NCBI RefSeq assembly: GCF_006345805.1
Contig: NC_043001.1
Coordinates: forward strand, 118,730,001-118,794,000
Source: Octopus sinensis
Taxonomy: Eukaryota
Direction: 5' to 3'
Length of the DNA stretch: 64,000 nucleotides
Position 1 is the first letter of the stretch, and the number at the start of each line of letters is the position of its first letter. A program made the translations under genes and the position numbers. The notes below the pieces were generated by a model that saw nothing but the letters and a program-made list of their open reading frames with translations, was not told where the DNA came from and ran no database searches. Positions 10,982 to 24,151 of this stretch are shown piece by piece.

Positions 10982-12859
10982 TCTCTTTCCCTTCCTGTTA
11001 CTTCCACTGTGTCTCATCTTCCATATTTCATGTGAAACACCTTTCCTTGTCCTACTTTTCCAATGAGGTATTTGCTATATGCTATACTAGAAGCATATAA
11101 ACTTGTTAGAAATAACAGCCAAATCTTCTTCAGCTCACACTCCAAATAAATTCTGAAAAACAACTGCCCTGAGCACACAAATACAATACACTGTCTCTTC
11201 TCTGCAATCTTGCCATAATTAGATGGTTTTGCTCACTCTGGAAATATCAATTGGTGGCAAAAGCAGGTTTTAAGGGATTTCTCATTTGAGATGAGGCTTT
11301 TCATCAATAATTGTCATTTGATAGCCCATCATCATCATCATTGTTTAACATCCGTTTTCTATGCTAGCATGGGTTGGACGAAACTATCCCACCCATTTCC
11401 TATATACGCATAAACCAACTAAATAAGATATTCTGTTTCCAAAACATATACTTTCTTTTACTTGTTTTTGTCAGTGGACTGCAGCCATGCTAGAGGACTG
11501 CCTTGAAAGATTTTCTCCATCAAAGTCATCCCAGTATTTATTTTTAAAGTCTGGTACTTATTCTATCGGTGTTTTTTAAAGTTACAAAGACATAAATAAA
11601 GCAAAACTGGTGTTCAAATAGTGAGAGACAAAAGTAAAGATGCATGGACACATCCACGCATGCACACACATCCACGCATGCACAAACACACACACACACA
11701 CACACACAATGGATTTCCACACAGTTCTTGTCTATTTTACACATGTCTCTATTTTCACATTGTAGATACATTGCACTGCAGCAGATCTACTGATCAAAAA
11801 AAGTAGTGATTCAACTATAAGACTTATTTGGACAAGACTTATTTGAGGCAGCATTTTGTAGTTGGATGTCCTTCCTGTCTGGAGACGAACAGGATATATT
11901 GTCAACTGGAAATGTTATCATTACATTACTGTTTCATTCAGACTAGTGAAGTGGAATGTCAACACACACACACACACTTACTTATTCCGCTACAGAAGTA
12001 GACCTCTCCATTACCTTCCTATCCTTATAAGTACTCTTGGTTCTCTCATTCCGGTTTCTAACATGATCAGCCGTGACACTGAGGAGACTGTCATTTTTAT
12101 ATATGAACACACACACAACAGTTTCTATACAGTTTTTGCCAACCAATTCCACCTAGGTACAAAGTATTAGTTGGCCAAAGGTTCCAATAAAAGACACTTC
12201 TCCAATGAGAGGTACAAACAAAAACTATTTGGTTATGAAACAAACTCAGCATACATTGCAGCCAAGCCTCTACCTCTACCTTCTGTAATTAGCTAAGTCT
12301 GTCAAATTTCCCTGCTTCAGTAGGATAGGTTTGCGTGTTTCGAAGATCTCAAAGACTATGCAAGCGGAAAAAATTCCTCTGCTAGCAGAGAACCTCAAGC
12401 CAAAAATGGGATGCAAAGTGTATTAACTCAACCTTTTCATACACATGAACAAAAAGTGAGTTGAGATCATTAAAGTCATACTAAACAACAATTGTGATCG
12501 AAAATTGAATGAGTGAGCATGACAGAAAATGTCTATATGGAAGAGAGAACTGGTGCTGCTGCTGCACACACTCTATTCTCAAGACAAGACCTGAAGACAA
12601 ATATACAGTCGATGGCTGTAATTAACATATGATATGTAATATTGGAATGTAGGACAAAAGCTCCATGGACAAAAGTCCCATGGTTATATTTTTCGATTAT
12701 CTTTTTGTTTTTTTCACAATATTACTTGTTTCAGTCATTAGATTGTGGCCATGCTGGGGCATCACCTTGAAGAATTTTTGGTCGCTGAAAAATCAGCATC
12801 TTAAAATATACATATTTAAAGTCTTTTGTTTTCTTCTCTCAGCACTTACAGATTAATGA

Positions 12860-13290
12860 GAATAAGTTAACCTTTTGAACTTTTGCCGGGGCCGTTGAAG
12901 GTCTAACAGAAAGCTAATCATTCAAACGTATCTCATATCGTTTGCCTAAATAGGGAAATGGGTATTTCTCCATTAAAACGACAAATTCTGGTTTTTGTGA
13001 AGAAAAAACACGTCAGAGACATGTGTAATATTTACTTTCATTTTATGTGTGTATATATAGTCATTCAAATGTACTTCTTATTGTTTTTATGTTTCTACAC
13101 ATTTCTTGAAGTAAATATGCTTTCCCTTTTGTTAAGATTCCGACAATATGTACATTGAGTAGTAAAGAGTCTGGTGTTCTGTTATTCAATTAATTGATGT
13201 TAAGGTTGATTTATTTTCATTTTTAAACTTCAAAATGGCAATCTTACGGTATAAGTACCAGTGTACTTCCGGAAAGACCGGATACATTTC
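12860..13290. promoter_or_regulatory. CpG-retaining promoter-like island
   Basis: About 10 CpG in 430 AT-rich bp; CTTCCGGAA (ETS-like on both strands) 13266-13274; CAAAATGGC (YY1-like) 13231-13239. Function is inferred. Confidence 0.4.
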
Positions 13291-13424
13291 AAAAAAGTGT
13301 TTTTTTTATATATAAAAAAAAAAAAATTCATGTGGCTTTTGTCCAGACCCTGTAATATTGATAGATGTTAGCTTTCACTTCAACATTAAAATAAAAGTGA
13401 GAAGAATGTAAAATGAGTTGTTTA

Positions 13425-13665
13425 ACCCTGTGACTATATTCCTGACGAAACACATAGTCATGTGCTTTTCTGAATTTTGAAAATAATTAAAAATATGGAA
13501 ACATTTAATAAATTAAGTTTGCTATTATTAAATTGTAGTTTGGAATATAACTTAACAGAAAATTCTCACAGAAAATGAGAATGTTTTAATTTAAATACAT
13601 CTTAAAACAGGTAGTTTTGTATTCCTAGAATCAGTGATCTGAGCTAGGTTGCTATCAAAAGGGCA
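13425..13665. mobile_element. Degenerate piggyBac-like MITE
   Basis: Starts ttaaccct and ends atcaaaaggg; interior resembles 58753-58971. Confidence 0.45.
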
Positions 13666-14329
13666 AAAGGGAGATGATTTAATCAGGCAATATAGAAACT
13701 GATATCTTAATAAAATTCCTTTATATTCTGAGTCAAATTGCACAAAGGTTAATGTTACCTTTCATCTTTCTGAGGTTGAGAAAATAAAGTAGCTCAAATA
13801 GACTAATTCTAACAACTAGTAAAAAAATAATAAACTACAGCAACCATTCAAAGATGGCATGCCATGCAGTGCCTATTTCTTGTCATACTATGAAAGACTT
13901 TTAAGTGTTAGAACCCAGTCAAATGTAAATGTGAGTTTAATCCCAAACTTTTTGCAGCAAGATTAGAAATGTTTTCTTCTATGGGATAAAAGCTAGTTTC
14001 TATGATTTTTAGTGCATTATGAATTTTCTTCCTTATAGGCTAATTTTCATCATCATTACTCAGCCATCTAATTTATTTTGGTTACTGTCATATACTTGTA
14101 CACACATACAAAAATATACATAGTCTAACAGAGAAAGTGCTTCTGGTTCTAATCTCATTGGAGTTAGCTGAAAATCACCATCATTCAGTTGTTAAACCTG
14201 CATATTTTCCCTGGGGACCTTGGCACCAAAAGTGTTCAGTCAGAGCAAGGCTGGGAATATATTCTATCAACAGGTCTCTTTATCTCTTTATTGACCAGAC
14301 TCTTAAATATTTTTATACATCACTTGTCA

Positions 14330-14520
14330 CAATGCACCTCTATTCTTTGCTTGAGTGTGCTCTTCTCTTCCATTTGAACCCAATTTGTTTTTGTTGTCTT
14401 GTCATCTTGGACATGTTTTGGGTCCACTTGCTGTCTATGAGCCTTGTGACATGTCTAGCCCAACAAAACTTGTGCTTTCAGTATGCTGTGATCACACTGT
14501 CCAGTCCACTTCATCCTTGA
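14330..14520 (-). mobile_element. RTE-like LINE C-terminal relic
   Basis: Minus strand KFCWARHVTRLIDSKWTQ resembles the RTE WAGHV.R...RW motif. Confidence 0.7.
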
Positions 14521-15931
14521 ATTACTTCTTATATGCAAGTGAGACATAAGTTAGTTACTCAGTGTTTAGCTAAACGACTAACCAGTTAGTGTTTTACAGA
14601 CATAATGAAAATATCATAACAGAGAACTGCCATTCATGTGAAATATCATGGGGATGGACAAAGAGTGGAGAGACACATTTCTAATTATATTAATAGCTTA
14701 TGTAGGGACTGAATAGAGGTGACGTTAGGTGGAAGGAATACTTTAGTCATGTAGAGACAATCTCTCTAGCGCAATAGAGACATTCATGTTTTCTCTTGCA
14801 ATGAGTGGTAAGACACAGATTCATTCAACCAATGTCAGAATAGAAGAAAATGGATGTAAAATGATGATGGACAGTGAATTTAATCCTGCATTCTAGATCT
14901 GTCATTAATTTTCCCTGTAGTGCGATGTTGAATAACAAACAAAACAATTACGAAGCAAAGAAGCAGCCCCTACACAGTTACTAAATCTGTCAAAAATAGC
15001 AACAAAATCTTCCTCAAATGATATGCAATTGTCTAAAACAATAGAAAAAAAAGAAAGGATATATAGTATAATATACTCCTAGATACACATGGTCTGAAAA
15101 TATATATAAAAAAGATAGTATATGTCTGTTTATTCAAGGCTAACTGGAAGAATAATAACCACAACAATCTAATACAAACTGCCCATCTCCAAAGAACATC
15201 ATCACCACCAGTGTCACAGTGTCACTACCATCAAGCACAACTATAAACTAATACCAGCTACAACACCACCACCACCAACACAGTCACCACCACAGCTACC
15301 AACAACAACGCTGCTACCACTACCACCACTACACAACAAAACAACCCAACTAATGGGCCATCACCAACATTGCCATCATTATGTACAACAATAAGCACCA
15401 CAAACTCATGTCCCACCCCACATACAACTACTAACATCAACCTCACTACTCCACCACATCAGTGGACAACAACTTGTCTGATGGCTAAACTCTGCAGTGA
15501 TTGCCATCAATCAATTCTAAAGAGCTCTCTGCAGGAGATGAAGAAATCAAGATCCAGTTTGTCACTCACAGCTGTCAAGCAATAGCAACAGCAAGAAGAA
15601 GAAAAAAAGTCTGTATGCAGTCATTCAACCTGCAAGAAATATCAGCCGGATCTTCTTCAAATCACATCCTTTAAAAAGAAAGATATGAGATAATATAGTT
15701 CTAGATATACCAAATCTACAGTATGTTCACAGCTGTAATCTTTTAAGTCATAGGGTCTAAGAGTTTTCCTGGGGTCAGACAACAACAGTAAATATAAATA
15801 ATCTATTGTGCTAATGATGTACAAAGACTAAACTACTGGACTCATGTTGCTTAGCTTCATATCCCAGGAGTTTGTATTCTGCAGTAAAAATGTCATGTTT
15901 TCTCTACAATTTGCTAAATATTACTTCTCTA

Positions 15932-16258
15932 TGGCTCAGTGGTTAGAGCGTCGAGCTTACGATCGGGAGGTTGTGAGCTCGAATCCCGGACCAGGCTGCG
16001 TGTTGTGTTCTTGAGCAAGGCACTTTATTTCACGTTGCTCCAGTTCACTCAGCTGTAGAAATGAGTTGCGACGTCACTGGTACCAAGCTGTATCGACCTT
16101 TGTCTTTCCCTTGGATAACACTGGTGGCGTGGAGAGGAGAGGCTGGTATGCATGGGCGACTGCTGGTCTTCCATAAACAACCTTGCCCGGACTTGTGTCT
16201 GGGAGGGTAACTTTCTAGTGCAATCCCATGGTCATTCATGACCGAAGGGGGTCTTTAA
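15932..16258 (+). mobile_element. tRNA-derived SINE family C with CORE-like domain, near full length
   Basis: A box tggctcagtgg, B-box-like gctcgaatccc, core ttgagcaaggcactttatttcacgttgctccagttcactcagctgtagaaatgag. Confidence 0.85.
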
Positions 16259-16527
16259 GGCTTCATGGCATAATGAAATAAACCAGTAGTATACATGGAA
16301 ATGCCATAGATATTTTGAAAATAATAAGATTGTTGGAATTTTATAGAGAACAATGAGATATATATAATTTCACTAAAAATTTCGTTTTTTTTAAATAAAG
16401 TATTTGATTCTCGAGAATCAAATTATCAGTCTAAATTATCAGTCTCATCTTGAAGGTTATTAATTATTACTTTTACTACGAGAAGCAACTGTTCTACTGA
16501 GCTGTAGAGTCTAAACAGTATATATGA

Positions 16528-16960
16528 CAGTGTGGTGAAGAAGTTCGCTTCCCAACCACATGGTTCAGGTTCAAGTCCCACTGCATAGCACCTTGGGCAA
16601 GTGTCTTCTATAGCCTCAAACCAACCAAAGCCTTCTGAGTTGAATTGGAAGACAGGAACTGAAAGGTGTGTGTGTGTGTGTGTGTGTGTGAGTGTGTGTG
16701 TGTGTGTGCATGCATGCGTGTGTTCTTGTCATGGCATCATGCGACAGTTGTAAAATCAAGTGTTATTGTTACACAAGCAGTGTTGTTCATTTCTAATCTT
16801 TTGTGGAAACATGTCCAATCTCGAAAAAAATATTTTGCATGGAAATAGAAGGTTGGCTTTGAGAAGGGCACCTGGTTGTAGAAAACTTACCACATGAATT
16901 CTATCTGATCCATGCAAGTATGGAAAAGTGAGCATTAAAAACAAATGGGGATGATATATC
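16528..16960 (+). mobile_element. SINE family A head with RTE-type tail
   Basis: Head ggttcaagtcccactgcatagcaccttgggcaagtgtc, (GT)n, then tail gcaagtatggaaaagtgagcattaaaa. Confidence 0.8.
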
Positions 16961-16994
16961 AGAAATGCAGTCTCAGATATAGCTGTGTGATTAA

Positions 16995-17352
16995 GTTGTT
17001 TGCTTTGCAGCCATGTGGCTTAAGGTTTGGTCCTACAGTTTACAGTTGTTTGCTTTGCAGCCATGTGGCTTAGGGTTTGGTCCTACAGTTTACAGTTGTT
17101 TGCTTTGCAGCCATGTGGCTTAGGGTTTGGTCCTACAGTTTACAGTTGTTTGCTTTGCAGCCATGTGGCTTAGGGTTTGGTCCTACAGTTTACAGTTGTT
17201 TGCTTTGCAGCCATGTGGCTTAGGGTTTGGTCCTACAGTTTACAGTTGTTTGCTTTGCAACCATGTGGCTTAGGGTTTGGTCCTACAGTTTACAGTTGTT
17301 TGCTTTGCAACCATGTGGCTTAGGGTTTGGTCCTACAGTTTACAGCTGTTTA
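16995..17352. repeat. 50-bp minisatellite, 7 copies plus a partial
   Basis: Unit gttgtttgctttgcagccatgtggcttagggtttggtcctacagtttaca starts at 16995, 17045 ... 17295. Confidence 0.97.
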
Positions 17353-17494
17353 TGCTTTATAAACTAAGCTAATTTAACAAATAGAAATTAAGAGAATAAG
17401 CAACCAGATTTAAAAATAAATACTGTGGCTGATATAATTGACTAAACCCTTCAAGGCACCATCATGATTGTATTTCAATGATAAAAGATATATC

Positions 17495-17850
17495 TTTTAT
17501 CTTTAACTTGCTTCAGTCATTAGACTGTGGCCATACTGGAGCACCACCTTGAAGAATTTTAGTCAAACTTATCGACCCCAGTGTTTCTTTTTTTGTAAAG
17601 CCTGGGACTTATTCTATCAGTCTTTTTTGCCAAACCACTAGGTTACAAGATGTAAACACACAACACTGGTTGTCAAGTGGTGGTGGGGGACAAACGTACA
17701 TAATCACACACACACACGACAGGCTTCTTTCAGTTTCCGTCTACCAAATCCACTCACAAGACTTTGGTCACTTCTGAAGGTTCTGTGCAGTGGGACTGAA
17801 CCTGGAACGATGTAGTTGGGAAGCAAACTTCAAACCATGCAGCCATGCCT
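17495..17850 (-). mobile_element. SINE family A
   Basis: Same modules as 1052-1975. Confidence 0.85.
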
Positions 17851-17883
17851 GCACCTATGTGTGTGCATATATGCACACACACA

Positions 17884-17926
<43 letters not shown>

Positions 17927-18004
17927 TACTTGATTTAAAATATTTATTTCTCAGTCAATTGTCCTATGAATTATATAAATATTTCTAACATCGATAATAG
18001 ATAC

Positions 18005-18250
18005 TGTGCTAGATTTTGTTTTATAGTTTATCAGTTAATCAACTTACAATAATATGTTGTGCGTATAATAGATTGTTTTTGATTTCAGTTCATAGTTTAT
18101 AAAATTGTCTAATGAATAATATAAATGTTGTGTGTATAATAGATTATGTCGTTGATTTTCTTCCATAGTTTATCAGTACGTCATCTTATGAATAATACAA
18201 ATGTTGTGGGCATAATGGATTATGTCTTCAATTTCATTCCATAGCTATAG
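18005..18250. repeat. Degenerate 68-76-bp tandem repeat, about 3.3 copies
   Basis: Anchor atagtttat at about 18024, 18092 and 18165 (atagctata at about 18241), with recurring aatgttgtg...ataatagatt. Confidence 0.75.
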
Positions 18251-19404
18251 TGTTCAATATAATATAGATGGTAGAAATGTTATAGATTATTAGGATTGGC
18301 AAACTCATTAGTACAGCATCAATCAAACTATTCTGTGGTATTTATTCCAGTGCTTTATGTCCTGAGTTCAAATCCTACTAAAGTTAAATTTGCCTTTCAT
18401 TCCTCTAGGGTCAATAAAATATAGCATTAATCAAGTACTGGCATTGCTAAAAGCATCTGTTTGACTCCCTTAAACTTTAGGGATTTGTGTTTATGTTAGA
18501 AACAATTATTATTTATATTTATTTTGTATCTTCCATTTTACACACACACACTCACACACACATGCACACACACACACACCACACACACACACAGACACAC
18601 ACAGAGACACACACAGAGAAACACACACACACACACACGCGCACGTACATTCATCCTCATTTTACACAGGTTTCATAGTCTGCCCTTCTTTCAGAGAATT
18701 GCTTTCACTGTTATTTATCCTCGGATTATCCATGATTAAATGAACAGGCCTATAATCAAAATATGTTCCAGCCTTGATCAATAAAAAGTAATTTCTTTTA
18801 CAGAGGGATTCAGCTATTTTCAGTAGGTAACAAACAAGCATATAGCTTGTTAGTCTGCTTGAGAAGACCCTTGTTTCCAAAAACATAGCAACTTCCTCCA
18901 CAAGCATGTTGCATCTTCCCGTTATCTTTTCTGATGCTAATCATGGCCTCAGTTCCTTGGAACCGGCTGGTCTCATACCTCTGTCACTCAAGTATCTCTA
19001 ACTCACTTGTCCTAACTATTGTCACTTTTGTTGCATCCAACCTCTCTGGCTCTGCACTAACTACTGTGTGTAATTCTTCTCCAGAATATTGCTTCTTTGG
19101 AGTTTTCTCTTAGCTCATGCCTTTCCCTGCAGGTGTTGATCAATAGTTTAAATGGAATATTAATGGCATCAAGCTTACAAATTCCAAAGATCCTGCAAAG
19201 TTCATGGGCACTAGTCCTTTGGCCAGATGCAGCAAATAAAGAAAAAGAAATACCATATTCCTGACATGGCCCTGTGGTTAAAAGGCCTGCTTCACAACCA
19301 CAACATTCTGGGTTTGATTCCTGGGCAGAGTAACTTGGCAAAGTGCCTACCATAGCTTATGGTTAACTAAAACTTTGACAGATTGAAATTGAGCAGAAGC
19401 CAGT

Positions 19405-19445
<41 letters not shown>

Positions 19446-19792
19446 CTTTTGCTAATATGTATCAACAAAGAATGTAAATATTACTGAGCAAACCGAATAT
19501 TGTGACAAAACTGTTTGTTCTTCAATTAGATTTCGTGATATTTTGTTCTTCATCAAATTACAGATGCTCCTTTGTCACCCCTACCATCAAAAATAAAATC
19601 AATGATATATATATATATATATATCTTCAAACCGAGATATGAAATAAATAGAGAATAAATTACACTAATTACTTGCCCAAATTGTGGTCTTTATCTCACT
19701 GATTCCACTATTCATTACTTGTGTACATCTGACATATCTACTACCCCAGTTCCTAATGAAGAATAATTAATCAAATAAATAAGAATATTTAC

Positions 19793-19892
19793 TTAATGAT
19801 TCTTCCATGGCTGCATCATGAAATACAGCAAAGGTGATATTTTGCTGATGAGTATAGAATATGACTGAAACATCAGTTACCTTCCATACTTG
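19793..19892 (-). other. Candidate 100-nt exon (unverified)
   Basis: Acceptor ttttattctaccag, donor A|GTAAAT. Only one frame is open (QVWKVTDVSVIFYTHQQNITFAVFHDAAMEESL). Contains Kozak-like GCAGCCATGG. Confidence 0.3.
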
Positions 19893-21261
19893 CTGGTAGA
19901 ATAAAAACCGGTCTCGATCATTTATGTTGGTTTTTCCTCACTGCATACTTATCTCGAGTTAGCTTTTAATGCACCACACATTAAATATATTAACACTTAG
20001 ATATGAAATGAGAATTTGCCAAGGGGACACATAAATTTATTTATTTTTAATGAAGCACACCTTTTTTAAGTGTGAAAGAGAAAAAAATGTGTTAGTTAAG
20101 TGACTTTATACTAATACTCTACATATACATTATTTTATCCACACTATTTCTACTCCAATGCATTTGGGGGTTAAAATATAGCATCTTCGAATTCTAGCGT
20201 GATTTCAAAATTGGCAAGGTGTTCAGTAATCTCTATTTGATTAAGGGTGTTATTATCGTGCTGTTGTTTAGCCCAAGGTCAACTCTTATTCAGCAGACTT
20301 ACAATCAAAGTACTCCAGCCATGAATACACTTCCTTTTCTTGTTGGACAGTGTAGATAGGACAGGGTGTGATTCGACAGACATTTGGCTACAATTTCCAA
20401 CAAGTTGAGCAGCCACATAGAGGTTCTAGGTATTTTATAAGTGTTTCGGTAGAAGGAATGAGAAAGATTGATATATAAAGAGAGAGAGTGTGTGTGAAAC
20501 AATGAATAAGAAAAGAATTTGGAAATGTTAAGTACAAGGGAGATAAATGTAAATATTTAAATGAAGGTTGCACATTTTTGATTCAAGCAATTTGTGCTCT
20601 GATCAGTATATTTATATGGAAATTTAAAATTCAATAAAGCCAAATGGCTTTAAAACTAAACTGGAATAAATGTAGAAGGATGAAAACCATTTCCATTTGA
20701 AATATCAAGCTGAAATGAAATTCAGTGAATAACAATATTGTTTATCAATTTGAATTTTATATACGATAAATTAGAAGTTAATTCATGTTGAAATTTGGTT
20801 TCTGCAAATCTTTCTATTCAACTCCACCTCATGCTTCAGGTTTTGGAAAAAACAGAAAACGGGAAAAAAAAAAAAAATCAATTTTAACAATTCAAAATGT
20901 TTGAATTGGTTGCTGGGCAAGAATGGAATTGATTTCCATTCTTTGGTTTAAACGTGTCTCTATGGAAAAGTCACACTTCCAGTTGATTTATTCTTAGTAA
21001 TTACCGTAGAACTATGAAATAGGAATTTAAAGAAAATCAGGAAGGTGTGTAATAAGAGGATGACTTAAATGTCAAACCAGCTGGGCAGTAGATAATTGAA
21101 TATCAATAACTAAGCCCCTCCAACATGCTACCATGAATATTATCATACACACACACACAAGAGTGGATAAAGAAAATATATTTTATCTATATCATGGATT
21201 ACTAATAGTCAATAAATTAAACTTTTATTATGATTTATCTCATGTATGAGTATAGCGCAGA

Positions 21262-21426
21262 TGTATCTGTGTGATTACGAAAATTGCTTCCCAACCATGT
21301 GGGCTCAAATTCAGCCCCACTGTGTGACACTTTGGGTAAGAACCCTTTGATACAGACCCTGATTGCCCAAAACCTAGTGAGTGGATTTCAAAGACGGAAA
21401 CTGATAGAAGCATGTCATGTGCGTGC

Positions 21427-21467
<41 letters not shown>

Positions 21468-21720
21468 TGTTTGTGTGTACCCTTGTCTTGACATCATGTG
21501 GTATTTGTAATTAAGCATCACTGTTGTACGAGTGATGTTGTTCATTTCCAGTGTTCCATGGTAAAAAATGTCTAAGCACAAGAAACGGTACCTTGCTTGG
21601 AAACAGGTAAGGGTTGGGAACAGGGTGGGCATCAAGCCATAGAAAATCTGCCTTAACAAAATTCCATTTGACCCTTGCAAACATAGAAAAATGGACATTA
21701 AAATGATGATGATGATAATG
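21262..21720 (+). mobile_element. SINE family A head with RTE-type tail
   Basis: Head, core, (GT)n, then gcaaacatagaaaaatggacattaaaatgatgatgatg. Confidence 0.8.
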
Positions 21721-22517
21721 ATGAATGTACATATGTTAGTATATATGTTAATGTGATTGTGTGTGTGTGTGGTGTGTGCACAAAGAAAGAATAAATCCCA
21801 ATAGATTTAAGAGATGGTAAATAAGACTTGTGATTTTCATATCTTTTTAAAGAGCCTTAAAACCATGGCAGGGTGAGACAATGAAAATCTGGGTCACATA
21901 ACTGCCTTGCCATAAGCTTACATTGTTAAGAGAACAATAAATCATTAGTAATTTAGTAATGACAAAAGTAATGAGAAGTGAAGTGAGAGAAATAGTTTTA
22001 AACTGGACTGAAAGTTTTTCCATATTTAGTGACTTTCATTTCTGTTCCAAGTTCAAATCCAACTTCATTCAGTTTTCTTCTATCATTCTTATAAAATTGA
22101 TGAGAATCTGGTATATATATATCTAACTGAATTTTTAACAATAATATCTTGCAATCAACGAACTTGTAACCTTTCACCAACTTAGAAAATAAATTTGTCA
22201 ATAACTTTATAATATACTAGCTTAAAAGCTGCACTCTCTGTGCACTTTTAAGCTGGCTCCTGCTGAGGGCTAATTGGACCTGCAGCCCCAAACCAGAGGG
22301 AGCTAAATAGCATGACTATAATATGTCTATAATGACTATATGCTCTGGTGGTGTTTGATCAGAGGTTGAGGATGGATGAGAATTAATTCTGTAATGCAAT
22401 CATTCTATTGTTCCAGTTCCAAGTTGAATTCCAATTGTTGGCCAATTTGTTCTAAAATTCTTATCTCAACGTAAAATTAACGAAGCGAAGGTCACTTATC
22501 TCTCCCTTGATCTCTGA

Positions 22518-22741
22518 CATTTATTTCTTTACTACCCACAAGGGGCTAAACACAGAGGGGACAGACAAGGACAGACAAACGGATTAAGCCAATTACATCG
22601 ACCCTAGTGCATAACCGGTACTTAATTTATCGACCCCGAAAGGATGAAAGGCAAAGTCGACCTCGGTGGAATTTGAACTCACAACGTAACGGCAGACGAA
22701 ATATGGCTACACATTTCGCCCGGCGTGCTAACGTTTCTGCC
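22518..22741 (-). mobile_element. Young Nin/Deu-like SINE
   Basis: CpG-rich: atcgaccccgaaaggatgaaaggcaaagtcgacctcggtggaatttgaactc...cgcccggcgtgctaacgtttctgcc; very similar to 56140-56368. Confidence 0.85.
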
Positions 22742-24114
22742 ATCATCTGATAAATGCCAATCAAGATGGAATGAATCAGCCAAGCATTACCTGCTAGAAA
22801 TAGCAACCCAAATGCTTTTAAATCAGATTCCAATGCTGGATGTTTAAGAACCAAATGAAGTGCAGATTCTCAATCCCAGGATCATCCTGATTCCAAAAAG
22901 GTATAATATGTCTATGTAGACAGAGTTACAGGGGTCCCAGATGGGCAGACAGAATTTCGCTTTTATTATTATAGATGTTAGTAAATCTGAATATTACAAG
23001 TTAAATAGATTTCCACTGCTTTGTAAATTTCCCAATGTATGATCACTACATCTAGGACTGCCTCCAAAAACATGACATGGGTTATGGACATGTTGAATAG
23101 TGTGTGTGTGTATGTATGTATGTATTTGTTCATTCTTATGTCTATTTTTCTCTGTTAGCATGGGTTAGATGGATATATTATTGAGGCATAGTGCTGTTCC
23201 TGTTGCTAATCCATAATTGTATTTAAAGTGAGAGTTCTGTTATTTCCCAAATATTTGAAGGCTCAAAACCAGCAGATGATTTGTTTGGAGGAGAAATGAC
23301 GATAGCACACTGCTTCTAGCTCAGTGATCTTTGAAGAAGTGCAGATATGAACAAACATACAAGTACACACATGCACACACGATGGGCTTTTTTTAATTTC
23401 TGTCAATCAATTCCACTCACAACCTTCAATTGGCCTGGGGCTGGATTAGGAAACACTTGTCCAAGGTGCTGCAAAGTGACACTAAATTTGAAACAGCAGG
23501 GTTGTGAAGCAAATGTCTTAATTACACAGTGATGCCTGTGTATATGTGTGTGTGTGTATGTAAGTATGTATACAAATATATAGATGTGTGTGTGTGTGTA
23601 TGCATGTATATATGTTTATGTATGTATGTGTATATATTTGTAAGATGTATGTGCATATATGTGTATATATTTGTATAGATATATGTGCATATGTGTGTGT
23701 GTATACATATGTGTGTGTATATATGTATGTATGTGTATATATATGTATGTATGTATCCACACACACACACACATAGCTGCATGGTCAAGAGGTTCGCTTT
23801 GTAGTCATGATGTTCCAAGTTCAATCCAATAACGTGGTATCTTGGTAGGTGTCTTTTGCTATAGCCTAAAGACAATCACAGCCTTGTGATTGAAACTGAG
23901 ATTTAAAATAATTCAAAGCAACTACTGGATGGACTGTACCAGAATTTCAAAGGACAGACATGTCATGTGCTATCATGCTAACATTTCTTGAGAGTTGTCT
24001 TAAGAATATACATGCTTTTGGAATATTCAGGCACTTATATGCAAATGCAATGAATAGATTTTTCTACTGATCAGACAGTTTGAACATCCATTGTTGAAAC
24101 CAACAGCTAAGTTA

Positions 24115-24151
<37 letters not shown>

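Noticed and set aside
16995-17352. CRISPR-like regular array
   Set aside because: No unique spacers, eukaryotic context, and the unit derives from a SINE head.
19800-19840. VFHDAA resembles the novel-PKC C2 domain
   Set aside because: Only six residues match and the flanking sequence does not fit.
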